Part shown: in pieces, positions 37,201-46,699 of the stretch | Layout of the letters: the number at the start of each line of letters is the position of its first letter | Position numbering within the stretch: position 1 is the first letter of the stretch | Assembly: GCA_964463015.1 (NCBI GenBank) | Contig: CAYXAL010000001.1 | Coordinates: 100,091-164,090, forward strand | DNA from: an uncultured Ginsengibacter sp. | Lineage (GTDB): Bacteria; Bacteroidota; Bacteroidia; Chitinophagales; Chitinophagaceae | Direction of reading: 5' to 3' | Length of the DNA: 64,000 bases | Position numbers and translations under genes: made by a program | The notes under the pieces: generated by a model | Seen by the model: the letters and a program-made list of their open reading frames with translations, nothing else | What the model was told of the DNA's origin: nothing | Database searches by the model: none

Positions 37201-37692
37201 CAGAAGCAGGAAGACTATGTTTCAGATTGCACCATTGATACCGATCTTGAGATTTTGTTGCCCGATGCATATATAGAAAGCGTCACTGAAAGACTAAGCC
37301 TTTATTCAAGACTTGATAATTGTAATACAGAAGAGGAATTGAATGCATTGCACAAAGAAATGCAGGACAGATTCGGGCAGGTACCTCCTGAGGCAGAAGG
37401 TCTGTTTACTACTGTGCGATGCAGAAAATTAGCTGTGGAGCTGGGTTTTGAAAAATTGGTATTGAAAAATGACTTGCTGAGATGTTTCTTTATTTCCAAT
37501 CCCGATTCCCCCTATTTTACGAGCACAACTTTTGAAAGAATCTTAAACTTTATCCAGACATCCACCAATAAAGCGAAGCTTCAACAAAGTGGGAAACTTG
37601 GGATGCTCGTGGTGAAGGATATTCATAGTATTTCCGGAACGTATAGGTTTTTGTTGCAGATGAATAAGCATGTAATGTCTGTTCCTGTTTAA
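34285..37692 (+). CDS. mfd: Transcription-repair coupling factor
   Basis: 1135 aa. UvrB-homology N-terminus, RNAP-interacting domain, superfamily 2 helicase motifs ([68 protein letters not shown]) and TRG/C-terminal domain. Confidence 0.95.
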   Translation: [1135 protein letters not shown]

Positions 37693-37883
37693 GGAGTTTA
37701 CGCATGATCAATGTTGCCAGACGATTCATTTCTGATACATAAAGTCTTTATGATTGTGCAAGCTTATTCGCCAGATTATTTTGTCAATAAGTGCGTCATG
37801 AATATTATGAACAGGAATTTGATTTGTTTGACGTCGAATCCGTTACTTTACCATTTTTAGAATCTTTTTTACCGAAAATTATT

Positions 37884-40760
37884 ATGAAGAAAATTCTTTT
37901 CCTGATTCTTTTATTCCCACTCATATCATTGGGCCAGAAAAAACCACTTGACCATTCTGTATATGACGAATGGCAAAAGGTGAATGATAAACTCTTGTCG
38001 AATGACGGCAAATGGGTAGTTTATACAATAACCCCCCAGGAAGGAGATGGGAACCTGTACATTCAATCAGCTAAGAACCCATCGGAAAAGTTGATCGTGC
38101 CGCGTGGTGATAAACCTGTAATTACTTATGACAGTCGATATGTGATTCTGAAGATAAACCCGAGGTTTGCTGATGTAAGGCAGGCTAAAATAAAAAAGAA
38201 AAAGCCGGAAGAAATGCCCAAGGATTCTATGGCTATTGTCGATTTGACTGGATTTCAAATCAGGAAAGTCCCCTCTGTTCAATCGTTCAAAACCCCGGAA
38301 AAGGGCGCCGGTTGGATGGCCTTCCAGAAAGAACCCGTGAATTCTTCAAAGCATACTCCAGCTACCTCAAAAGCCATGGATAGCCTGAAGAAAAAAATTG
38401 ATTCTCTCACCAATCTTGTAAGAGAATTGGAAACCATCAAATCAAATAAAAAGGATGATGAATCTTTTGCGCAACTTCCACCGGAGACACCCGAAGAGAG
38501 CAAAGGGGGTGAAGTAGTCCTTGTTAATTTATCCGACAATAAAGAAGTGAAATTTCATAATGTCAAACTATATGAGTTTGATCAGAGCGGCTCTCAACTG
38601 GCATTGTATCTTTTGAAATCCCCTGAGGATAGTAATTCGCTGGCTTCGGTTGTATTATATAATCTGAAGAGTAACCATGCGGATACGATTCTAAGAGGTG
38701 GAAATGATTTTAAGAATCTTACTTTTTCAGAAGATGGTAAAGAATTCGCTTTCCTTGCCGAACGTGGAAAGAATAAGAAGGCGTTGCAAAAGTTTTATGA
38801 ATTGTATTTATTCAGAAGCGGACAGGATACGGCTTACAAAATAATTGATACACTTTCACAGGGAATGCCTGCGAAAAATACAGTGAGCGAAAATGGAAAT
38901 CTCAGATTCAGCAAAGATGGTAGCCGGTTGTTTTTTGGAACTGCTCCGATCAAGCCACCCAAGGATACAACGCTTATAGAAATGGATCAGGTTAAACTTG
39001 ATATATGGAATTATAAAGATGATTATTTGCAATCGCAACAATTGGTCAGGCTGAAAGGAGATCAAAGGAAAAACTATCAGGCAATGTATGATCTGCAGAA
39101 AAAAAGGATGATTCAATTGGGATCCGAAGGACTGCCGACAGTAATTCCAACCGATGAAGGAAATGGGAACTATTTTATTGCTATTACAGATACCGGAAGG
39201 AGAATTGCATCGCAATGGGAAGGATTTACACTTCAGGATATTTATTCAATTGATGTAAATACCGGACAAAAGAAACTGGTAAAGAAGAATCTTCAAGGTA
39301 GGGTATATCCGTCTTCCACAGGAAAGTATATTTTGATGTACGATGATATTTCCAGGAATTATTTTGTGTGGGATGGAATGTTGCTGAAAAACATTACAGC
39401 ATCCATAAAGGTACCCTTATATAATGAAGAAAATGATGTGCCTGCCGCGCCGAATGCTTATGGTGTAGTCGGATGGCTCAAGGGAGATGAGGCTGTATAT
39501 ATTTATGACAGGTATGATATTTGGAAAGTTGACCCCACAGCAAAAGTAATTCCGGTAAGGATTACCCCGGATGGAAGAATAAAGAAAACCAGTTACCGGT
39601 ATATACAGATGGATAGAGAGGAGAGATTTTTGACAATTGATCAACCTGCATACTTCCGTATATTCAATGAGGTGAATAAAGATATGGGATTGTCTGTGGG
39701 AAAGTTGGCTGACAAACTGAATTTGTCGCCTATTTCCTACGGTGCTTATCAATTTGGCAATCCAACAAAACAAAAAGATGGAAGTGAGCTTTTGTACACC
39801 AAAGAGAATTATGTGATGTCGCCCGACTTATATTATTATGATGCAGCATCCGGAGAGAAAAAGCTGACATCCATCAATCCTCAACAGTCACAGTACGTAT
39901 GGAGTACAGCAGAATTATATCATTGGGTAACCTTCACCGGCAAGAAATCGACTGGAATTTTATATAAACCTGAAGACTTTGACTCTACAAAAAAATATCC
40001 GGTCATTTTTTATTTTTACGAAACATTGAGTGACGGGTTGAATACCTATATACCGCCTGCACCTACACCCAGCAGGCTGAATATTTCGTTTTTTGTAAGC
40101 CGCGGTTATCTGGTCTTTGCTCCCGACATCCATTACACGATCGGTCACCCGGGCAAATCGGCGTACGATTATATTGTCAGCGCAGCTAAGTCCTTGCAAA
40201 AAAAGAAATGGGTAGATTCAAAAAATATGGGAATACAAGGTCAGAGTTGGGGAGGTTATCAGGTAGCTTATTTGATCACTGCAACCAATATTTTTAAAGC
40301 AGCCTGGGCAGGAGCTCCGGTGGTCAATATGTTTAGCGCTTACGGTGGCATTCGCTGGCAGAGTGGTATGAACAGGCAGTTTCAATATGAAAAAACACAG
40401 AGCCGTATCGGCGCTACTATATGGGACAGGCCGGATCTTTATACTGAAAATTCTCCTTTATTTCATTTGAAGAATGTAAAGACCCCGGTAGTTATTATGG
40501 CCAATGATGCAGACGGTGCGGTACCCTGGTATCAGGGAATTGAAATGTTTACGGCATTGCGGAGATTGGGTAAGCCGGTTTGGTTTCTGAATTATAATGG
40601 TGAAGCGCATAATCTGGTGGAAAGAAAAAACAGAAAAGACATTTCGATCCGCGAGCAGCAGTTTTTTGACTGGTTATTGAAAGGAGCCAAAGCACCCAAA
40701 TGGATTTCTGAAGGAGTCCCCGCTGTGGAAAAAGGAATTGACTTGGGATTGGGTTATTAA
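37884..40760 (+). CDS. S9-family serine peptidase with an N-terminal beta-propeller (prolyl oligopeptidase / dipeptidyl peptidase-like)
   Basis: Signal peptide at the internal start MKKILFLILLFPLISLG. C-terminal alpha/beta hydrolase with nucleophile elbow GQSWGGY and catalytic D/H region (ANDADGAVPW ... GEAHNL). Confidence 0.75.
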   Translation: MKKILFLILLFPLISLGQKKPLDHSVYDEWQKVNDKLLSNDGKWVVYTITPQEGDGNLYIQSAKNPSEKLIVPRGDKPVITYDSRYVILKINPRFADVRQAKIKKKKPEEMPKDSMAIVDLTGFQIRKVPSVQSFKTPEKGAGWMAFQKEPVNSSKHTPATSKAMDSLKKKIDSLTNLVRELETIKSNKKDDESFAQLPPETPEESKGGEVVLVNLSDNKEVKFHNVKLYEFDQSGSQLALYLLKSPEDSNSLASVVLYNLKSNHADTILRGGNDFKNLTFSEDGKEFAFLAERGKNKKALQKFYELYLFRSGQDTAYKIIDTLSQGMPAKNTVSENGNLRFSKDGSRLFFGTAPIKPPKDTTLIEMDQVKLDIWNYKDDYLQSQQLVRLKGDQRKNYQAMYDLQKKRMIQLGSEGLPTVIPTDEGNGNYFIAITDTGRRIASQWEGFTLQDIYSIDVNTGQKKLVKKNLQGRVYPSSTGKYILMYDDISRNYFVWDGMLLKNITASIKVPLYNEENDVPAAPNAYGVVGWLKGDEAVYIYDRYDIWKVDPTAKVIPVRITPDGRIKKTSYRYIQMDREERFLTIDQPAYFRIFNEVNKDMGLSVGKLADKLNLSPISYGAYQFGNPTKQKDGSELLYTKENYVMSPDLYYYDAASGEKKLTSINPQQSQYVWSTAELYHWVTFTGKKSTGILYKPEDFDSTKKYPVIFYFYETLSDGLNTYIPPAPTPSRLNISFFVSRGYLVFAPDIHYTIGHPGKSAYDYIVSAAKSLQKKKWVDSKNMGIQGQSWGGYQVAYLITATNIFKAAWAGAPVVNMFSAYGGIRWQSGMNRQFQYEKTQSRIGATIWDRPDLYTENSPLFHLKNVKTPVVIMANDADGAVPWYQGIEMFTALRRLGKPVWFLNYNGEAHNLVERKNRKDISIREQQFFDWLLKGAKAPKWISEGVPAVEKGIDLGLGY

Positions 40761-40909
40761 AGGAGGAAATGAGCAAACAGGCACTGCCTGTCCGATCCGG
40801 AAGAAGCTATCAGCAAAATTTTATTTTGGAAAATAGAGGAATGTGAGCAGGTGGATTCTTGTAGTAGGTGACGGGGAATCCGTTTATTTTACCATCCGGT
40901 TTACCTTTT

Positions 40910-41830
40910 TTATGATTCAAGATTTTTCACCGCTTTTAAAATGGATGCAAATTCGAATGTGAATCCTGTGCTCAGAAGTTTTTGGGGTGAGGCCGCAATA
41001 CTTCCCAGCAATGCTTCTTCGGCCATCTGGCCTAAAGCTGTTTTTAAAAGAATTCCGGGTATTCTGATTTTCAGAAAATGATTGCCGTATTTCTCCTTTG
41101 CAATAGTAATCATCAATCGTTGGTTGGTAACTACTTCAGGAGAACAGGCATTGTAGGCTTCTGTCAGGGATTCATTTTCTATCGCATGAATATAAGCCCT
41201 GCAGATATCGTGAATATGAATCCAACTGATTTGTTGAGTACCGTTTCCCAAAATGGCAGCAATCCTGAATTTCAGAGGCAGACTGAATTTCTGAAATGCT
41301 CCGGCATTGGGAGCCAGTACAGCGCCTGTACGAAAATAAACTACCCTTTTACCAAAGTCCCGGGCTTTTGCGATGGTGGATTCCCAATCCACACAGATCT
41401 TTGATAAAAAATCCGTGCCCTGCGAGTCTGTTTCCGAAAAAACTTGCGATGAATTATTATGGCCATAATAATTTACTCCCGATGCACAAATTATAGATCT
41501 GATATGATTTTTTGTTTCGGATAGTGCTTTTAATAGTGCCTTGTTGCTGTTTATGCGGCTGTTATAAAGAATTGATTTTCTTCGGCTGGTCCATCGCTTG
41601 TCGGCTATTCCTGCACCAGCCAAATGGATGATGTGGTCTGCACGTTTGAATACTTCGGACTCATACGAATGAGTGGAGGGATCCCAATATGAATATTCGA
41701 CATCTTTAATAGGAGATTTTCCTTTGAGTTTGCGTGTAAGAACAGTGATGTGATAGTTTTTTCTCAACAGCATAGGTATCAGGTTGGAACCAATATTTCC
41801 TGTACCTCCTGTAATCAATATGTGCTGCAT
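40910..41830 (-). CDS. TIGR01777-family (YfcH-like) NAD-dependent epimerase/dehydratase-fold protein
   Basis: Rossmann GxxGxxG (ILITGGTGNIGSNL) and length about 300 aa. Overall pattern of SDR 'epimerase family protein' with a DUF1731-like C-terminus. Confidence 0.7.
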   Translation of the reverse strand: MQHILITGGTGNIGSNLIPMLLRKNYHITVLTRKLKGKSPIKDVEYSYWDPSTHSYESEVFKRADHIIHLAGAGIADKRWTSRRKSILYNSRINSNKALLKALSETKNHIRSIICASGVNYYGHNNSSQVFSETDSQGTDFLSKICVDWESTIAKARDFGKRVVYFRTGAVLAPNAGAFQKFSLPLKFRIAAILGNGTQQISWIHIHDICRAYIHAIENESLTEAYNACSPEVVTNQRLMITIAKEKYGNHFLKIRIPGILLKTALGQMAEEALLGSIAASPQKLLSTGFTFEFASILKAVKNLES

Positions 41831-42302
41831 GCTGGTAGGGTTAACATAGTTTGAATTCTATTTGTAATTTTTTATCCCGATAATATAGTTTAATTTATCA
41901 TAGACTTTTGATGTAGTCTGGTAATAAGAAATGACAACAGGCCGGCAGTTTTCCGATTTTCTAAATAGAATTTTAAACGCAGGTGATTCAAAATTTCTAT
42001 CCTTTTTGGCCATAAATTATCCACTATTTCCAAATTTAAAAACCAATTCTTCTTTTTACTTATTGAGCGTTTCCGTATTTGGGAATATTCAGGAAAAATG
42101 CATTGAAAATCTGATAAACAAGGGATTATTTATAAAATAATTTCCAAAACGTTAGGAATTATCATTTGGAAAAGTAATTTTGTGGTATAACTTTGCATCC
42201 CAAATTTTTGGTTATTCAAATCCCCTGTAAAACCAAAATCTAAGACCCCTACCAACCCTATATCCCCTGTTCTGTGAGGAGCTATTTATTATTTATAATC
42301 AA

Positions 42303-43094
42303 ATGATAATCAGAATGGTTCTAAGTAGAACAATCAGTTTGGTAAGTATAGCAATACTTCTTTTTTCATGTACAGCCTCACATAAGGTGGTGTATTTTAA
42401 TGATATTAAGGATGGTACTTATTATAGCTCAGGCGAGCAGAAGGAAGTACCGATTGCACCGCATGACATTTTAAGTATAAATATCAGCAGTCTGAACAAG
42501 GAGGCTTCGGATATTTTTAATCAAACCAATGAGGCTCCTGTTGGAACCACAGCCGTTGGGTATTCCAATTCAGTAAAGGGCGGTTATCTTGTGGACCCAC
42601 AGGGAAATATCCAGCTTCCTGTCCTGGGTTTGATTAAAGCAGCCGGATTGACAAAGGAAGAGCTGAAAAATAGTATTACAAAACAAATTCTTGACAAGAA
42701 ATTACTGAAAGATCCGTTGGTAGATGTCAGATTTCTCAATTATGAAGTGACCGTACTCGGAGAAGTAGGAAAACCCACCGTCATTACAGTTCCCAATGAG
42801 AAAATCTCAATGCTGAAAGCCATCGGTATGGCCGGAGACCTGACGATTTATGGGATCCGTAAAAATGTGTTGTTAATCAGAGATGTGAATGGAGAAAAGA
42901 TTACAAGACATGTAGATCTTACTTCATCCGATTTTCTGAGTTCGCCGTACTATTATCTTCAGCCAAATGATATTGTATATGTGCAACCCAATAAGGCCAA
43001 AGTAAATCAATCTACCATGTGGCCGCAAATGGTACCCATATTGTTAACCGCACTATCGGTAAGTGTAATAGTGCTTGACCGTTTACTCAGGTAA
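42303..43094 (+). CDS. wza: Polysaccharide export outer-membrane protein (Wza-like; Poly_export + SLBB)
   Basis: Lipoprotein-like signal (LLFSCTAS). PES-motif-like region and soluble ligand-binding beta-grasp segments. Sits directly upstream of wzc. Confidence 0.75.
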   Translation: MIIRMVLSRTISLVSIAILLFSCTASHKVVYFNDIKDGTYYSSGEQKEVPIAPHDILSINISSLNKEASDIFNQTNEAPVGTTAVGYSNSVKGGYLVDPQGNIQLPVLGLIKAAGLTKEELKNSITKQILDKKLLKDPLVDVRFLNYEVTVLGEVGKPTVITVPNEKISMLKAIGMAGDLTIYGIRKNVLLIRDVNGEKITRHVDLTSSDFLSSPYYYLQPNDIVYVQPNKAKVNQSTMWPQMVPILLTALSVSVIVLDRLLR

Positions 43095-43126
43095 ATATTT
43101 TGTAACGACCTCAAAAGAACAACCTC

Positions 43127-45472
43127 ATGAAAACTTCAACCAGACAAATAGTACCAGAGGAGGAAAATCTCATAAAAAAATTATTTGCAAAGTATTTGCC
43201 ATACTGGCCTCTACTCTTGTTTGCAATCATTGCAGGTGTATTGGCGGCCTACACGTATATTAAGTTTACCACACCGAAATATAAAGCCACAGCGACCCTG
43301 ATTATCAAAGATGAAAAGAAGGGGAATGAAGAATCAAAGTTGATGGAGTCATTGAATCAGATCTCTTCAAAAAAGATTGTAGAAAATGAAATAGAAGTCA
43401 TTCAGTCACGTAAGTTGATGAAAGATGTAGCTACTAAGTTGAATCTGTTTACTCCAATCACAGAAAAAGGATCAATGACGGATGGGTATTCTTTGGCAGT
43501 TCCGCCGGTTTTTGTACTGGCTGATAATCCGGACGCGTTGGTAACAAGTACTAAAAAAATTCCCATAAAATATTCTCCTGAAAAAAGCCAGGTGGCACTC
43601 GATAACATTTATTGGTTTCCGATGAACCGTGCCGTGGAGACACCCTATGGTAAATTAAGGTTTGAATTAAACAGAGCCTTTAAGCCGGTAGGTAAAACTC
43701 CGGAATATTTTCTGTCAGTTATTTCTCCCAATGATCTGGTGCCTGCCATGCTAAGCAATTTGAAAGCAGAGCCGGCAAGCAAGTCTTCTTCAATTGTAAA
43801 TCTCAGTTATATTGATACGAATCCACGAAGGGCAGAAGAAGTCTTGAACCAACTGATCAATTCCTACAGGCAATCAGAAGTTGATGAAAAAGATGCCCTG
43901 GCAAAAAATACCCTGGAATTTGTAAACGAGCGGTTGCAACTCGTAACACATGAGCTGGATTCTATTCAACAAAAAGTACAGCAATACAAGTCGAGTGCAG
44001 GCGCTGTAGATATCAGCACACAGGGACAATTGTATTTACAGAATGTGAGTCAAAACGATCAGAAACTTAGTGAGATCAACACTCAAATCTCTGTATTGAA
44101 TCAGGTTGAAAATTTTGTAAAAAGTGGTACCAATCAGGGAAGCATCGTTCCATCTACACTTGGCATCAGCGATCCTTTGCTCTCCCAGCTTCTTGAAAAA
44201 TTGAATACACTGGAATTGGAGTATGAAAAGGGAAAAGCAACGATCGGTGAAAATAACCCCAAGTTGCTGGCCGTAAAAGATCAGATCAATAAAATCAAAC
44301 CGGATATTCTGAGAAACATTGGCAGCCAGCAGAAAAGCCTTTACGCCATGCGGGGAAATGTAAGTTCTACAAATAGTTCGTACAATTCAATCCTGCGGGG
44401 TGTACCTGAAAAGGAAAAAGAACTTATTGATATCAGCCGGGCAGAACAGAATAAGCGGGATATATATTATTATCTGCTTCAGAAGAAGGAAGAAAGTGAA
44501 ATTGCTTATGCATCTACCGTATCCAACAATAAAGTAGTGGACTATGCAAAGGCTGAAAATCACCCGGTAAGTCCCAAGAAGCTGATTGTATTATTTGTAA
44601 GCGTGATGGCACTGCTTGCAATTGCTTTATTGTTTATCAATATTCGTGAATCTATGACCGGAAAAATCGTCTATAGAAGCGAAATTGAGTCGAGTACAAA
44701 AGTTCCGGTCATTGCTGAGGTAGCCTATCAAAAACTTGATGACCCGATTGTAATTCAATATGGCCAGCGTTCTTTTATTGCTGAGCAATTCAGAAAGTTG
44801 AGATTGTCGCTTTCGTTTTTGGGTGTAGGTACCAAACACAAGAAAATATTAGTCACCAGCAGTATTTCAGGTGAGGGTAAGAGTTTCATAGCGGCCAACC
44901 TTGCTGTAAGCCTCACGCTGATGGGAAAAAAGGTGGTTCTGGTAGATATGGATCTAAATAACCCCAGGCAGCAGGAGATATTCAAGACGGCCCAAACGAA
45001 GGGAGTAACAGAATATCTGCAAGGTAAGGCTGAGGTTAAAGACATATTGGGAAAAATATCAAGGTACGAAAACCTGTATCTGATTAATTCAGGTGAATTA
45101 CCCGATGATCCTGCAGAGTTGCTTTCATCAGACAGAACCAAAGAATTAATCAACAATCTGGAAAAGTCTTTTGACATAATCGTGATAGATACCTCACCGA
45201 TGGCATTGGTCACCGATGGGTACATGGTTACTGATTTGTGTGATATTACCTTATTCGTGGTAAGGCATACTTATACTCCAAAAATGCTGATCAAGCGGTT
45301 GGATGAAAATATTGATATCAATCCTATTCATAATCCTGTAATTGTATTTAACGGAGTAAAACAAAGAGGAGTACTTGCAAACGTATATGGCTACGGTTAC
45401 GGGTATGATTATGTGTATGGGAAAAATAATATATACGGAAAGAAGAAGGGGAAAATAAAAATCTCCTCTTGA
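43127..45472 (+). CDS. wzc: Polysaccharide co-polymerase / tyrosine autokinase (Wzc/GumC-type) with C-terminal Tyr-rich tail
   Basis: Two TM helices flanking a large periplasmic coiled-coil domain. Walker A (SSISGEGKSFIAANLA) and Walker B (VVLVDMD). C-terminal YGYGYGYDYVYGKNNIYG cluster. Confidence 0.85.
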   Translation: MKTSTRQIVPEEENLIKKLFAKYLPYWPLLLFAIIAGVLAAYTYIKFTTPKYKATATLIIKDEKKGNEESKLMESLNQISSKKIVENEIEVIQSRKLMKDVATKLNLFTPITEKGSMTDGYSLAVPPVFVLADNPDALVTSTKKIPIKYSPEKSQVALDNIYWFPMNRAVETPYGKLRFELNRAFKPVGKTPEYFLSVISPNDLVPAMLSNLKAEPASKSSSIVNLSYIDTNPRRAEEVLNQLINSYRQSEVDEKDALAKNTLEFVNERLQLVTHELDSIQQKVQQYKSSAGAVDISTQGQLYLQNVSQNDQKLSEINTQISVLNQVENFVKSGTNQGSIVPSTLGISDPLLSQLLEKLNTLELEYEKGKATIGENNPKLLAVKDQINKIKPDILRNIGSQQKSLYAMRGNVSSTNSSYNSILRGVPEKEKELIDISRAEQNKRDIYYYLLQKKEESEIAYASTVSNNKVVDYAKAENHPVSPKKLIVLFVSVMALLAIALLFINIRESMTGKIVYRSEIESSTKVPVIAEVAYQKLDDPIVIQYGQRSFIAEQFRKLRLSLSFLGVGTKHKKILVTSSISGEGKSFIAANLAVSLTLMGKKVVLVDMDLNNPRQQEIFKTAQTKGVTEYLQGKAEVKDILGKISRYENLYLINSGELPDDPAELLSSDRTKELINNLEKSFDIIVIDTSPMALVTDGYMVTDLCDITLFVVRHTYTPKMLIKRLDENIDINPIHNPVIVFNGVKQRGVLANVYGYGYGYDYVYGKNNIYGKKKGKIKISS

Positions 45473-45616
45473 AATAATTTCTTCTATACCGGTATTCTTT
45501 GAAAAATTCATCAACTCACTGCATTTGGAATGTAAGTGAGAGAGGCGAAGCCATAGCCTTTTGAAAATACCAATCAAAGAGATACACTCTTTAAAGTAGA
45601 TTATAATTGACCTGCG

Positions 45617-46681
45617 ATGAATGCATTGTTGTTAAATAATCCGAAAGGAAACTTAGCTGTGTGGTACTCTGCCCAGAGTCATTTGCAGTTCATACAGAAT
45701 TGTGGAGAAGAGATCACTGTGATTATTCCTGAAAAAGCTTTGGAGGATATTGAGAACACCTGGATTCCGCTTTTTAAACCAGACAAGGTGGTTACCTACA
45801 AGGGGTACATTGACCTTTGGAGTAAGCTGCGCAAACTTGCAGATCGTAATCATTTTTGCCTTTCCTGGAAAGAGACCATACTGGTCTGGATGATGCTGTT
45901 GTTTACGAAACGGGTTATTTACTACTGGTTTCAGGGAATATTACCTGAAGAAGACTTCCTGAGGTCAAAAAATTCTATTCGTAGGGCAATATTCAGGTTT
46001 TTGGAATGGATTTCGCTAAGAGTATCAGATAAACAGATACTAGTGAGCACATATATGAAAGAATATCTTGAAAAGACACGGAAATTCCGGTTTAGGGATT
46101 TTGTAATAGTGCCGTGTACAAGCAATCTGGAATATGTACATGATCAGAGAGTCAAACACTCATTTATATACATTGGCGGACTTTCGGTATGGCAGCGTAT
46201 TGACAGAATTCTTACCATGTTTGCCACCATTATTAAAAAGGTTCCGGAGAGCCGATTGTATCTGATTACCTATGAAACGGACAAGGCTTTGAAGTTGGTG
46301 GACAAGTATATCCCGGAAAAATATCATCAGAATGTTGTTTGTAAAACAATTACCGACAGAGAGAAAATTTCAAAGTTGTTGTCATCAATGGAATACGGTT
46401 TTCTGATCAGAGACGATGACCCGATCAACAATGTCTCTTCTCCCATCAAATTGGCTGAATATCTTTCTTGTGGTGTGAATGTAATTATCAGCAAATCGGT
46501 GCTTAGTTATACAGGAACAATTGAGGAAGAAGGTTGCGGAATTATCATTGATGCAGATTCAGATATTGAAAAAATATTTAAGCACACACCTGAGGAAAGA
46601 GCAGCCATCGATGTGTATAATAAAATATTTAACAGGGAAGTGATTCTGGATAAGTACAAGAATTTTATTACCAACAACTAA
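45617..46681 (+). CDS. Hypothetical protein in the EPS locus, possibly a divergent GT-B glycosyltransferase
   Basis: 354 aa. C-terminal SSPIKLAEYLSCGVNVIISKS resembles the E-x7-E region of GT4/GT1 enzymes. The N-terminal half was not recognised. Confidence 0.35.
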   Translation: MNALLLNNPKGNLAVWYSAQSHLQFIQNCGEEITVIIPEKALEDIENTWIPLFKPDKVVTYKGYIDLWSKLRKLADRNHFCLSWKETILVWMMLLFTKRVIYYWFQGILPEEDFLRSKNSIRRAIFRFLEWISLRVSDKQILVSTYMKEYLEKTRKFRFRDFVIVPCTSNLEYVHDQRVKHSFIYIGGLSVWQRIDRILTMFATIIKKVPESRLYLITYETDKALKLVDKYIPEKYHQNVVCKTITDREKISKLLSSMEYGFLIRDDDPINNVSSPIKLAEYLSCGVNVIISKSVLSYTGTIEEEGCGIIIDADSDIEKIFKHTPEERAAIDVYNKIFNREVILDKYKNFITNN

Positions 46682-46699
46682 GACAAGAGAAAAATAGAT

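Noticed and set aside
37791-37883. N-terminal 31-aa extension of the S9 peptidase ORF
   Set aside because: The internal Met at 37884 is followed by a textbook signal peptide (MKKILFLILLFPLISLG). The extension is acidic and unlike a leader.
41931-42140. 69-aa ORF in the 472-bp region upstream of wza
   Set aside because: No recognisable features. It lies in the likely promoter/regulatory region of the EPS locus, and its AT-rich composition is typical of non-coding DNA.
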